Source: Cetorhinus maximus
Taxonomy: Eukaryota
Length of the DNA: 64,000 nucleotides
Direction of reading: 5' to 3'
Assembly: GCF_964194155.1 (NCBI RefSeq)
Contig: NC_135909.1
Coordinates: 14,198,001-14,262,000 of the forward strand
A program made the position numbers and the translations under genes. This document shows positions 39,480-53,130 of this stretch, piece after piece. The stretch's first letter is position 1. Every line of letters begins with the position of its first letter. The notes under the pieces were generated by a model, which worked only from the letters and a program-made list of their open reading frames with translations, did no database searches and was not told the DNA's origin.

Positions 39480-40419
39480 GAACTCTTGTAACGTGTGCGA
39501 ATTACTCACTGGGATATTGTGTGAGTATGTGTGTGTGTGAGTGGTAGGGGGTTGAGGCTGTGGGACGCCATGTGAGTGTAGAATTTATTCTGTATCTGTC
39601 TTTGGGAGTGTTTAAGACTCATTGTGCGTTTGTCACTTCAGGATGCATGTGAGTGAGCGGGGGATCCATTCTCAATTTGGGAATATATGCTATTTTGGCT
39701 GAACTCCGTATCTGTCACCTGCGGCTTAAATATGTGAGTGCAGGATTTATTCTGTACCTGTCAGTTTATTGAACTACAAATGAGATTCACACCGTGTTTC
39801 TCAGTCTCTGACACTGTAGATCAGTGTGGCATTGATTGTATATCTTTCAACCTCTGTTAGTATCCGACTGTGCATTTCTCATTCACTCTCAGAGGCTGGG
39901 ACTGAGTATGAGTGTGAGATTAATGCTGGACAAGCCAACATCTGATCCGCAATGTGAGTGTGTAATTCAGTCTGTATCTGTCAGTTTCTGGTATCGAATG
40001 GGAATGTGAGTCATTGTCAATATCTGGGAATCTTTTGAACATATTCTGCATCTGTTTGTCTTTAGTGCTGAATGTGAGATTACTTCAGTCAGTCAGTGAT
40101 ACTGTATGTGACTGTGGGATTAATTCTATCAGTGATACTGTCTGTGAGAGTGGGATTATTTCAATTACTCGGTGGTGCTGTGTGTGAGAGTGGGATTAAT
40201 TCAGTCATTCGGTGGTGCTGTGTATGAGAGTGATATTAATTCAGTCATTCGGTGGTGCTGTGTGTGAGAGTGAGATTAATTCAGTCATTCAGTGGTGCTG
40301 TGTGTGAGAGTGGGATTAATTCTTTCAATCGGTGGTGCTGTGTGTGAGAGTGGGATTAATTCAGTCATTCGGTGATGCTGTATGTGAGAGTGGGATTAAT
40401 TCTTTCAGTCGGTGGTACT
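39480..40419 (+). repeat. Satellite-like array ending in a homogeneous 40-bp tandem block (40171-40419)
   Basis: ggtggtgctgtgtgtgagagtgggattaattcagtcattc starts at 40171, 40211, 40251, 40291, 40331, 40371 and (partial) 40411. Confidence 0.85.
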
Positions 40420-43400
40420 AAAATAGATATGAACATACGGACCAGGAGCAGGAGTAGGCCCCTCAGCAGCTCGAGCCTGTTCCGCCATTCAATAAGATCA
40501 TGGCCGAGGGATAGGCAGTGGCAGATATTTAAAGGGATATTTCAGAATACACAAAATACTTGCATTCCAATCAGAACCAACAATTCCAAAGGGAGGTTAT
40601 GTAGATGTTTAAATAAGAAATGAATTAGTCCTATAGAAAGAGCATTTTGGGAATTGAAAATGCAAAATAGGGAGATGGCGGATGAACTAAACAGGTATCG
40701 TGCTTCAGTCTTCACCATAGACGACACAAGTAATACCCTGGAAAAAGCTGTAAATCAGGAAATGGAAGGGAGGGAGGAACTCGTGGAAAATTACAATCAC
40801 CAGGGAAGTGGTATTAAGAAAATTGTTGGGGCGTCGGGCTGTGAAATCCCCAGATCTGGATGGATTTCACCCCAAATTCTTAAAAGAAGTGGCTAGTGAG
40901 ATTGTTGGTGCATTTGTTTTAAGTTTCAAAATCCCCAGATATGGGGAAGGTTCAATTAGATTGGAAAATAGCGAACGTAACTCTTTCATTCAAAAAGGGA
41001 GGGAGACAGAAATTAGAAAGCTAAAGGCCAGTTAGCCTTTCTACAACTAATACCTTGTCAGTCTTTCCACTCCACCCCCACTAGAGCTGTACCTTGAGTT
41101 TCCTGCCATCCATTCTTAATTAGCACATTTTCTTAGATAATATCACCAACTTCAACACCTCTTTGATCCTTTTGTCTGTGACATCTTTTGATTATCTGCT
41201 CCCATCACTGCTTGCTTGTCCCTACAACCACCATCACCCCCCCTCAACTTCTCTTTCCACCACCACCCCCCCACCCCCAAACTTAAACCAGCTTATATTT
41301 CACCCCTCTCCTAACTATACTCAGTTCTGCTGAAGGGTCATGAGGACTCGAAACGTCAACTCTTTCCTTCTCCGCCGATGCTGCCAGACCTGCTGAGTTT
41401 TTCCAGGTAATTCTGTTTTTGATTTAAATGTGTTTGAAGCAGTTCAGGGAATATTTATTAGCCTAATACCAGGAATGGGTCGGTTGTCTTATGAAGAAAG
41501 ATTGGAGGGGTTAGCCTATCTTTGTGACTGGAATTTAGAAGAGTAAGAGGGGATTAGATTGAAACCTTTAAGACCCTGAGGAGTCTTAACAGGATGGATG
41601 TGGAGATGATGTTTCCTCTTGTGGGAGAAGCTAGAACTAGGGGGTCATTGTTTAAAAATAAGGGGTCACTCATTTAAGACATTGATGAGGAGAATTTATT
41701 TCTCTGAGCGCAGTGAGTCTTGGAACTCTCTTCCTCAAAAGGCAGTGGACGCAGAGTCTTTGAATATTTTAATGGTAGAGCTGCATGGATTGTCCATTAG
41801 CAAGGGGGTGAAAGGCTATCGGGGGCAGACGGGAATGTGGGGGTGAGGTTCACTTTAGCTAGCTCTGCTTTCATGCCCTCATTTAAGTTGAAAATACTCA
41901 TCATGGGTGCACTCATTTCTCCAACCAAAATGAGTGTAAAATTCAATCATATTATGAACGCTGTTACCTAGAGGTACCTTCACTATGAGGCTTTCAATTA
42001 ATCCTGTCTTGTAGCTCAATACCAGGTCTCGAATATCCTGCTCTCTGGTTGGCTCCAGAATGTGCTATTTTAAGAAAGTATCCTAAAAACACTCTATGTT
42101 ACGTTTGTCCATCTGATTTTCCCAGTCGATATGTAGATTGAAATCCCCCATCATTATTGCTGTACCTGTCTGACAAGCTCCCATGATCTCCTCTTTTATG
42201 CTCTGTTCTACCGTGCAGTTAAATAGTCACCTGGCCCACAAGTGACTTCTTGCCTTTGTCATTTCACGTCGCAACCCAAACCTGAATCATCCTGGATTTC
42301 TGAATTTAGGTCATCCCTCTCTAATGTGCTAATACCATCATTAATTAACAGAGCCACCCCTACACCTCTTCCTGACATATTTCATTCCTAAATATCACAC
42401 ACCCTTCAATATTCAGGTCCCAAACTATGTCACCCTGTAGCCGTGCCTCTCTGATGGCTATCAGATCATTCTTATTTATATATATTATCAGTTAATTTGT
42501 TACGTTTCAAATGCTACATGTGTTTACATACAGAGCCTTTAGTTTTGTCCTTTTATTCTGTAGCTACGAGGCTTATCTGCTGATTTACTCTTAGATTTAT
42601 GCTATTTCTCCCTTCCTGTCATGGTCTGTTTATCATTTCCCATATTAATACCTTTCTTTCTTGCCTTGTCTCTACTCTTTGAAAATGTGATCCTTTCCAC
42701 TATTCAGTTTAAAACCCTCTCTACTTCCCTAGTTATGCAGCTTGTGAGGACACCAGCCCCAGCACAGTTCAGGTGTAGACCATCCCAACGGTACAGAAAA
42801 ATCTGAAAGAACACCCAAAACTGGTGCCAGTGGCCCATAAACTGGAACCCACTTCTCCCACACCAGTCCTTGAGTCTTGCATTCATTTCTCTAATCTTAT
42901 TTGTCATATGCCAGTTTGAACATGGCTCAGGTAATAATCCTTTGAGGTTCTGCTGCTTAATTTTGTGCCTAGCTCCTCATACTGACTATGCAGAGCTTCC
43001 TTCCTCATCCTGCCCATGTTGTTGATACCTACATGGACCATGATCACTGGATCCTCTGCCTCCCACTGAAAGTTGCTTTCCAGCCCTGAACAGATGTCCC
43101 AAACCCTGGCACCAGGCAGGCAACAGAGCCGTCTGAACTCTCGCTCTTTGCTACAGAGAACAGTGCCAATCCCACTCAATATACTGCCCCATACTACCAC
43201 TACATTCCTTTTTGTTCTCCCAACTTGAATGGCTTCCTAAACCATGGTGCCGTGGTCAGTTTGCTCATCTACCCTGCAGCTACTGCCCTCATCCAAACAA
43301 GCTGGGAGAACATCAAACCTATTGGACCATTGCAGAGGCTCACACTCCTGCCCTCTGGGTCCTGCCTCATTCGCAGTCACACCCTCCTGTCCCTGACCAA

Positions 43401-44332
43401 ATCAGAAGGCCCTACTCTAAGATGTGTGACTGCCTCCTGGTATAAAGCATCAAGGAAACTTCCTCTCTCGCTGATGTGTCACAGAGTCTGCAGCTCAATG
43501 AATCTGAGCTGAATTTCCTCCAGCCGCGAACATTTACTGTAGACATTTTGTCTGGATCGGAATGTTATCCAGGAGTTCTCACATGCTGCAGCTTGGACAC
43601 GTCACCTATCATGCCATCCTTAATGTGTTTTAAATAATTACTTAATTATGTTATTCAGTTATTTATGTTATTCAGTTATTTATGTTACTTTCTTATATAT
43701 TTTATTTACTTTACCACAAGTTTGTGTACTATTTTCAACCTTAGGGATAGAATCGACCTTACACACGTACCGGATATTCATCAAACAGCTAGCTCCTTTC
43801 CCTGTATTAGAGCAAGAACCAATTCCTATGGGGTGAGAAGGATAGAAGAAGGGAACAATTACCTGCTTTGCTCCCCCCCACCCTTCACCGAACTCCCATC
43901 CCACCAAACTCCAAGTTTTCACTCAGTTCGCTCAGCTGCACTCAGTTTACCTTGGCTGCACTAAAGAACCCTGAATTTATAGTAAACTCAACTGGGTCAA
44001 CAGTAACCAGATTGAAAACAAAAACAAACAAAAATACCTGGCAGGTATAATAACTCAGCAGGTCTGATAGCATCTGTGGAGAGGAACACAGTTAACGTTT
44101 ACCAGATTGAACCAGTTAGCTAATTAACTACTCAACTCCGACAGCTGAGAGTGAGCTTGCTCTGTCTAAACTGAAAGAAAGAATTTAGCCCGTTTACACA
44201 GTACTTTCCAGTTACTGCTAATTACAGACTAGATTAGATTTTAAGAGCAAAATTTAAGAATGAAATTAACACTTACATCTCCCCCCTCACCAAACTCAAT
44301 TCTTTAGCCAGCTAGATCAGCTGCACTCTGTT
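40420..44332 (-). mobile_element. Rearranged CR1-type LINE with an inverted internal block
   Basis: Tail at 40425-40504(-); ORF2 pieces at 40505-41848(+); endonuclease, ORF1 (LCCLPGARVWDI) and 5' region at 41849-44330(-); flanked by TGGTACT at 40413-40419 and 44333-44339. Confidence 0.7.
41040..41422 (+). mobile_element. Penelope-type terminal repeat with hammerhead motif (41323-41361)
   Basis: AGTT-CTGCTGA-agggtcatgaggactc-GAAAC-GTC-AACT, with one core substitution (CUGCUGA); homologous to 49880-50250. Confidence 0.75.
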
Positions 44333-45110
44333 TGGTACTGTATGTATGAATGGGATTGGTTCTGTCCATCTGTGGTACGGCAGATGAGAGTGGGATTAAT
44401 TCTGTCCAGCGGTGGTACTGTATGTGAAAGCATGATTCATTCTGTCAGTCTTTGATACCACATGTGAACGTGGGGTTAATTCTGTCAGTGGTTCATTCTG
44501 TAAATCGGTAGTATGTTTGTGAAAGTTGGATTAATTCTGCCATGTGGCTATACTGTAAGTGAGAATAAGATTGATTTTGGCTCTGTCAGGCCCCTGGACT
44601 CTGTCTGAGTGTTAGATTCATTCTGTAACTCTCAATTCCTGATGCTGTGCACAATTGTGGGATTCATTCGTCTCTATCAAACCTCAGTTCTGAACGTGTG
44701 TTCATGAATGTTTTGTGTGTGTGTAAGTTTGTGGTACCGTGTGAATTTCAGATTCTTTCAGATTACATCTCTGGGACTGTTTGAGGTTCATTCTGTACCT
44801 ATCAGTCAGTTCCACTGTGTGAGACATGGGATTCATTCTGCAGTTGTCTATCTCTGGCACTGTCGGTGAGTGTGTGATTTATTCTGTTTCTGTGTATCTC
44901 TGGTGCTGTGAGTGCCTTGGACTTCATTCTGTATGTGTCAGTGCCTGGAAACGTGTTGGATTTGTTGGGTACTTCACAGTGTCCTGTTCTTTGTGGATGT
45001 GGAGTTTATTCTGTCGCTCTCAATCTTTGATGTTACTTGTGACTCTGGTATTAATTGTGTATCTATACTCAATAGTTATCTCAGGCATGGTGTTGGAAAT
45101 GAGTTAACAT
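44333..45110 (+). repeat. Continuation of the satellite-like array (further patch at 47040-47470)
   Basis: The same unit resumes directly after the CR1 insertion. Confidence 0.65.
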
Positions 45111-48100
45111 CTTAAACCTTTTAGGAAGTAAAACTACCATCCAAATCCTTACCCAGTCTGGTTTATATGTGATCTCAGAACAATCCTCAGTTATCAGCTT
45201 ATCCCTGAACTGCCATCTACAATGTCCAAGCAAACCATTCTGTTCTATTCAAGAAGGCCGCTCACTAATACTTTCTCCAGGGCAATTAGGAATGGGACCA
45301 CATCCGGTGATTTAATACAAGAAAGCTCACATCTACGACAGCCACCAGTCTGAAAATTTCACCACTCCAGTTTTAAATTCAAATATTCATGTTCCTTTCC
45401 TTCTTTTCAACAATACAACAAAAGATTGTCAGTCTTATCAAGCGGCATTGATACATATAAATGTTTAAACGTGTCAGACTTATCAACTGAACTTTAAACT
45501 TTTCATCTGACCTCATGATGTGAATGAGGAGTCTCACTAATGAATAGTGCAAAATGGAAGTCTGGATGCAAATTGAATTCAATGGTTGGAAATCAGGTAG
45601 AGTGTGTGTGTCATTTACATCCTGGACAGATCAGGCTTCTCACTGGAAGTGTGAATTTGAAAAATGATGTTTTAAACCAAGCAAACAGCAGTAGCTCCCT
45701 AGATTTAAAAGAAGGAAACATATTAAACTGGAACCAAACTAGTTAATTACTCATTTCAGAAGAGTAATCAAATAAAAGCAGGTATACTTCAGTAGGAGGA
45801 TTGGAATAGGGAACAGACACAGCTGAGGGCAACCATATTTGCTATCATAGAATGTAAAGGGTAAAAGAGAAGAGAATGGGAGCTGACTGCAGTGGGGTGG
45901 ATCCCATGATAAAACTGACGGTTTATAAAGCTGCTTTGTAACAGTTTTGCAGACTGAAGCTGATGCTGTGTTATCCCTATTGTGGCTGAAACCCCATTAG
46001 TAATCAGCATTGGCTGAGACAATTAACCCTGGGAAGCATTCATTTTCAGTGGAAATGATTGATGTCTGTGAAGGCAACCAATCCTGTACAATGTGGATAG
46101 ATTATTTGAGTGGGATAGGCAGGAGATGTATGTTTTCAAGAAGGAGTTAGATATAGCTCTTGGGGTGAAAGGGATGAAAGGATATGGGGAGAAAACGGGA
46201 GCAGGCTATTGAGCTCGATGATCAGCCATGATCATGATGAATGGTGGAGCAGACTCGAAGGGCCGAATGGTCTACTCCTGCTTCTATTTTCTATGTTTCT
46301 AGGAGGGACATAGAAAAAAAGAGAAATAAACAAAAAAATGAGAGTTAAAATAAGTCAAAGGAGGAAGAAGTTTTACTGCATGAGAAAAGGGGTGCTGATT
46401 GGTTGTCAAGTTGATTCCAATTGTTCGAGGTGTTGCCATGAAGAATTCACTGGGAAACTATTGTCCTGAATGTTGTTGTTTAATTCAAGGTAGGCACAAT
46501 GGACGTGTTCCTTTTGCCTGCAGATAACAGGGCCCTGCACGTGAATATATGTAGCCTCTAGCATGTGTAAGTGAGCCACATTGTGAAGAATAAGGAACTT
46601 CAGTTACTTAGTTGATGAAGTAGTGGCCATTTTCCTCAGAGGAGTGAAGATTGAGAGGACAGGATAGAGGTATTCAAAATTATGATGAGTCTGGACACAC
46701 CAGATTGAGAAAAACTGTTCCAACTACTGGATGGGACAAAGACCAGAGAGCACAGATTTAAGGTAATTGACAAAAGCAATGGATACTTTTTGGAGAAACG
46801 TTTTCATGCAGCGAGTGGTTAAAATCTCACATGTGGGTCCTGACACTGCTAGAGGCAGATGCAATCAAGGTAGTCAGGAGAGAATTGGATTATTATCTGA
46901 AAAGGAAGAATGTGCCGGGTTGTTGGAAATGACACTAGATGTTTTACTCATTTGAAGGCCTGATGTAGACTCAAAGGGCTGAACCTCATTGTGTGCTATG
47001 ACAGTAACACTGTGCGGATGTGCATGTGCATGCAAGTTTAGGTGCGCTTGATTATTCTTCTGTCAAACCCTGGTGCTGCATATGAATGTGGAATTTATGT
47101 TTCTGTCAGGAGTGCTACTGGGTCTGAACGTGGGATTATCTAGATTATGTTAAGACAGTTCAGTCGTCTTGTGTGCAAATCTGAAAATCAGACTGTAAGT
47201 AGCGTTCTTTAATCGTCTCTGTGTCTGTGTCATTCCATGTGTATTTGTGATAATTTCTGACTTTCATTGATACCGTATGTGTGTGTCAGATTGATTAGTG
47301 TCATGTGGGCTCAGGTATTGTGGGTGAGTGTAGTAACAGTCTGCATCTGTCAGTGTCTGGTAATGGACATCTGCTCAATAATGATTCTGAATCTGTCAGT
47401 CTCTGCTACCCTGTGACAGTGTGGGATTCATTACATCACCTGCAGTCTTTTGGATTGTTTACCAGTCTAGATTCATTTCATGTTGAAATTTCAGTACAGG
47501 AATAAGCAATTGATATTCTTGGTTTAATGGAATAATTGCAAGTTTGGCCTTATATGAAATCCCGTTTTGTGTAATTTTTTTAATGTGAAACTCCATTGTT
47601 ATGCCAGTGTAACTCAGTTTCTACTAATCAAATTAACGCTGTGTCATTCAATCTGTTTCTGAGTGAGAATTTTAAACTTGGCTGTTGAGCTCAGTTTGCA
47701 GTGATAGAATTAATACAACATCTATCAGTCTGACACTGGGTTTTTCGGATTGCTCTGTGATTTGTATCTCAATCTGTATTAATCATTTTAATACAGTATC
47801 CCTTAGTTTAATAATGTGGGTGAGTTTCAAACTAGAATCTGAGTTTGTATTTTTCAGTTTTATCTGGTAATAATATAATTGCAGCTAAGACTGATTCCCT
47901 GATCAATGCTGCCACCATCACCTCCACTTTTTGCTTCTCGATCTTTTTCTGAATCCATATTTCTAAATACTCAGCACCCAGTCCTCCCTCTTTTTAAACT
48001 CCATTTCGTTCATTGCCACTACATCATATTCCCACATTGCCGTTTGTCCTTCAAGCTCATCAGTCTCATTTATCACACTGTGTGTTTACACAGATGCATT

Positions 48101-48938
48101 GTAAACTGGTCTTTGCATTCCTCATAGGGCTTCTTAAACTGCCCCTGTCGAATATGGCATTGCTCCCTTCTCCAGTATTATCCATCACTCTCCCTCCTTT
48201 CTGTCCTTATTACTTTCTGGTTCTGCTGTAAGTTGATGACCAACCCCCTGCCAATTTAAATTAAATCTTCACCAACCAGCCTAGTGAACCATAAACTAAA
48301 ATTGGATCTGGTGCCTCTGTTTGCAGAGTACAATGGATCAGAACTCCACCAAGTTAACCTCTTGGCCACCTCGGCTCCCTGTGAGTGACACTGTACTTAC
48401 TGTGTGTGAGGAGCTGACTGCACTTCCCCTTGTGTTGTCGAATCACGACATTTATTCTGCTGCTTTCAAGTATTTGCCTATCGAAAGAAAAAATGTTTAT
48501 TATAATGTAAGAAGAGGTGAGGTCGAAGATACAAAGAAACCAAAACAATTATTAAATTAATAATCATTCCGAACGACCGCAAAGTCAGTGGTTCAAGAAG
48601 GCAGCTCACCACCACCTTCCCAAGGGCAACTCGGGATGGGCAATAAATGCTGGCCCAGCCAGTGAAGCCCACATCCCGTGAATGAATAAAAAAGGTAAGA
48701 CGAACAGAGTCAGTGTCTGAATCCACTGCAGTCCTGCAGCACTCAGCTGCTAAAGACCAGGGACTTTGTTCCTGTTACAACAATTTCCTGCCATCCAGAA
48801 ACAATCCACTGCTCCAGGAGTGGGACTGAGTGACGGAGCAGGGACTATTGTGTAGGTCAGATTTCTATTTGCCGCTCCCATGGACTAACCGTTCAAGTGA
48901 AAGCAAACAGCCGCTGTTTAAACTGTGTCTCTGCATTA

Positions 48939-49253
48939 GCGGCTGTTTTAAACCATCTTCTTCCACTCACAGGCAGTGCTGGGGAGGGCAGCGCGCATGC
49001 GCAGAATGCTGCACAAGTTCCGGAAACACAAATATTGAAAATTTCTGGCACAGAACGAGGACATTCGGCCCATCGTGTCGACACCAGCATCCAAATAGTT
49101 TGCTCCAGCCTCACGTCACTTTCCAGCTCTTGCACAGTGAGTCCTGTAGGTCCCAGCTGCTCAGTGCAGATCCAAGTGTTTGTTAAAGGCAGTGATGCGC
49201 TGCTCTCCCCCAGCTCTGCCTGGGACTGGAAGAAGATGGTTTCAAACAGCCGC
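48939..49253. repeat. Inverted repeat (~56-bp arms, ~200-bp spacer) at the palindrome axis
   Basis: gcggctgttttaaaccatcttcttccactcacaggcagtgctggggagggcagcgc (48939-48994) versus the reverse complement of 49197-49253, gcggctgtttgaaaccatcttcttccagtcccaggcagagctgggggagagcagcgc. Confidence 0.85.
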
Positions 49254-49385
49254 CAATGGAGAGATCCCGCTCCCGGGGGAAGGGAACAAACAGCAGCCTC
49301 CTGGGAGGAGGGAGACAGAATGGCAAGAAGCTGTTATTGAAAATCATTGCTGCTTTCTCTCCACAAAGCAACAATGAACAATTCT

Positions 49386-50550
49386 GATAAAAGCAAAATA
49401 CTGCGGATGCTGGAAATCTAGAACAAAAACAAAAATACCTGGAAAAACTCAGCAGGTCTGACAGCATCTGCGGAGAGGGATACAGTTGACGTTTCGAGTC
49501 CGTATGACCCTTCATCAGAACTGAAAAATATAGAAATGAGATGGAATGTAAATGGTTGAGGGGGTGAGACAGGTAGAGCTCGATAGGGGGCCAGTGATAG
49601 GTGGAGGCCAAGAAGAGATTGCCACAAGATGTCATAGACAAACGGATAAAGGGGTGTTGATGGTAGTGATATTATCTAAAGGATGTGCTAATGGGGATGT
49701 TAGGGGGAAATAAAGGGATACAGTAATTATTAGGGGGATACTAGGGGTACAGTAAGAACTTGTTGAAAGGGAATGAATTACTTAAAATCTCCAAGCACAT
49801 TGGCAGTAGAAGGTTACCAGATGAACCTTGCACAGCCTTAAGGGCCTGCAAACAACAGAAAGGCCTTGGATAAAAGCAAAAAACTGTGGATGCTGGAAAT
49901 CCAAAACAAAAATAAAAATACCTGGAAAAACTCAGCAGGTCTGACAGCATCTGCAGAGAGGAACACGGTTAACATTTCGAGTCCGTACGACTCTTCAACA
50001 GAACTAAGGAAAAATAGATAAGAGTGAAAGAGAAGCTGGTTGAGGGGGTGTGGGACAAGTAAAGCTGGATAGAGGGCCAGTGATAGGTGGAGATAGCCAA
50101 AAGGTGTCATAGACAAAAGGCAAAGAGGTGTTGAAGGTGGTGATATTATCTAAGGAATGTGGTAATAGGTGACATTAAGGGTAGAAAGCAGGACGAGCAA
50201 GGTACAGATAGCCCTAGAGGGGTGGGGTGGGGGGAAGGGATCGAAATAGGCTAAAAGGTAGAGATAAAACAATGGATGGAAATACATTTAAAAATAATGG
50301 AAATAGGTGGGAAAAGAAAAATCTATATAAATTATTGGAAAAAAGGGGGATTGGAAAGGAGGTGGGGATGGAGGAGAGAGTTCATGATCTAAAATTGTTG
50401 AACTCCATGTTCAGCCCGGAAGGCTGTAAAGTGCCTAGTCGGAAGATGAAGTGCTGTTCCTTCAGATTGTGTTGAGCTTCACTGGAACAAAGCAGCAGGC
50501 CAAGGTGGGACATGTGGGCACGAGAGCAGGGTGGAGTGTTGAAATGCCAT
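49386..50550 (-). mobile_element. Penelope-like element 3' end with two tandem terminal repeats
   Basis: GIY-YIG C-terminal coding DNA (..EQHFIFRLGTLQPSGLNMEFNNFRS, 50385-50550) followed by repeats at ~49870-50250 and ~49386-49720. Confidence 0.8.
49483..49523 (-). ncRNA. Minimal type I hammerhead ribozyme with intact core
   Basis: CAGUU-CUGAUGA-a-GGGUC(auacg)GACUC-GAAAC-GUC-AACUG: 5-bp stem I, stem II, a palindromic ACGU in place of stem III, and a GUC cleavage triplet. Confidence 0.8.
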
Positions 50551-50949
50551 TGAAATATAGTATAACCTCAGCTGCAAACTCAGATTCCAGTTTGAAACTC
50601 ACCTAGACCATTAACCTCAAGGTACAATAACAATTTGATTAGTACAGACTGAGATAGAGACCACATTCCAGCCTGAAAAGCTCAGAGTATCAGAATGGCA
50701 GATATTGTATTCTGTCTCACAGAGCAAACTGAGCACAACAGGCAAGTTTAAAATTCTCACAGGCTGCTTTAATGAAAATGTATCAATTTGTTTATTACAA
50801 AGTGAGTTACACTTACACAGAAATGGAGTGTTAGATCCAAAGATACTTGAGCTTTCACAAGTGTGTTCACCCACAAAGGGATTTAATACTAGGTCAAACT
50901 CACAATTATTTATTAAAACGTACAGCATCAGTGGCCTGTTTCTGTTCTG

Positions 50950-51208
50950 AAATTTCAACATGACTTGTAAACAGTCACAGAAACTGAAGGTTATGTAATG
51001 AATCCCACAGTGTCAGAGAAGCAGAGACTGACAGATTCAGAATGATTATCAATGACATGTCCAGTACCAGAAACTGGCAGATACATACTAAATACTACAC
51101 TCAAAATTCCTGAGTCTGAATAATATTCCATTTATCTGAGACAGACATAAAGTAGCACTGACAGTAAAAGATAGTCACAAACTCACATCAAACACAAACA
51201 CTCAGTCA

Positions 51209-51242
<34 letters not shown>

Positions 51243-52000
51243 TAAAGAATGGGAGTTTCAGAATGATTCCCATATTTGCACTCAGGACCACTGAACTATA
51301 TTAGTATAATCCCACACTCAAACCCTGTACAATATTCTGACCGCTTTAGAAATAATACGCCATTCACAGTCACACGCATCACCAGTGACTGACAAATACA
51401 GCCAGAGTCCTACATGTAAACTCAGTACCAGAGGCTGAGTGATACAGAATTAGTTACACATACAAACACACATAGACAAGCACATCCCCATTCAGACACA
51501 CTCCCACACAGAAACACTAGCAGAGACTAACAGGTAGAAAATTAATTTCCAGTACCACTGAAAATTTCAGGTTGAGTCCCAAACGCTCATTCTGTACCAG
51601 ATCCTGATCGATACAGAAAAAATGCCTTACAAACAGACCAAAGCTTCACAGTTACATAATCAGACACCAATTACCAAAGACTGGCAGTTACATTAGGAGA
51701 AAACACTCACAGTATCACAAAGCGGTAAATATGGAGTAAATTCCACAGTCACACGTTACAAAGTCCGAGAGATATGGAATGAATCTCTTACATGTACAGT
51801 ACCGAATGCTGACAGATACAAATGACATATTCAAATTGAATACTAATAGAATGGCAAATTTAGAATAAATCACAGATACAGATTGAATCACATATTCACA
51901 TCCTGTGCGAGGTGCTGACAGACACAAAATTGCTCCCACCTTTATATATAGTACCAGAGGCTGACAGGTACAGAATGAACCTGAATCTCACATCGAGCAG
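50950..52000 (-). repeat. Satellite-like array in the opposite orientation (also 54400-55950, 59870-59990, 62940-63420); includes (CA)n at ~51212-51238
   Basis: cagagactgacagatacagaatgaatcccacactcaca-like units, the reverse complement of the left-side unit. Confidence 0.7.
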
Positions 52001-52019
52001 AATAGATGGACTGATGCAT

Positions 52020-53130
52020 AAAACCTTCAGAAATAGAAGCTGGGGTTGGGTTTTTGGCCATTCAACCTACTCCATCATTCATTAAGACTGATGTTCTCCC
52101 TCAACTCCACTTTGCCGCGCTCTCCTTATGTCCCTAGTATCTGAAACCTATTGACCACTGTCAGGATCATACTCAATGGCTGAGCTTCCAAATCTCTCTG
52201 GGGTGGAGAATTCCAGAGATTGCCAACACTTTCAGTGAATAAATTTCTCCTCATATCATTCCAAAATGGCCAATGCTGTGATCTGAGATGGTGACCACAT
52301 GTTCTAGATTCTAGAGCCAGGAGAACCATTTTCTCAGCATATACCCTAAAAAGCCGCTTAACAGTTTAAAATGTTTCATTTAGATCACCGCTCATTCTTC
52401 TAAACTCCAGGGAATATAGAGCTAGTCTACCCTATCTCCTCATAAAAAAATCCACTTGTCACAGGAACCAATCTAGTGAACAGTTATTGCCCTCCCTCTA
52501 GAGCAACCATGCCCTTCCTTATGTAAGGAGACCAAACTGCACACAGTACTCTAGGTGTAGTCTCACTAGTGTCCTGCATAATTGGAAGATTTTTCAATCC
52601 TATTATCCAATCCATTGGAACAAACATGAACATAACACTTCCCTTCCTATCTGCTTACTGTACCTGCAGATTAACTTTCTGTAATTCATGTGCACAGACA
52701 CCCAGCTCCCTCTGAGTGCAAACATGTTCCAGTCTCTCACATTCACACATGTTCTTTTTCTCCCTACAAACTGGGCACACTCACACCACCATATTGTATT
52801 CTATCTGCCATGTTCTTCCAACTCAGACAACCTGTCTGAATGCCTTAGCAGCAATTTTGTGTCCTCCTCACAGATTAATTTTCCACCTAATGTTGTGTCA
52901 TCAACAAACTTGAATATGTTCCATTCAGTATCCGTCTAAGTCATCAATATTTATTGTAAGTAACTGATGACCGTGTATTATCAAGAGCAAGTTAGAGCCA
53001 ACCAATCCAAAAGTGCCCTGTTTATTCCTACACTGTTTTCTGTCCATTAACTAATCCTTGATCCATGCTAATGTATGATCCCCAATCACAAGTTCTAATT
53101 TTGTGTAATAAACTCCTGTGTGGGAACTTT
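52020..53130 (-). mobile_element. CR1-type 3' fragment
   Basis: MRRNLFTESVGNLWNSPPQ in ORF 52126-52329; tail near 52030-52110. Confidence 0.7.
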
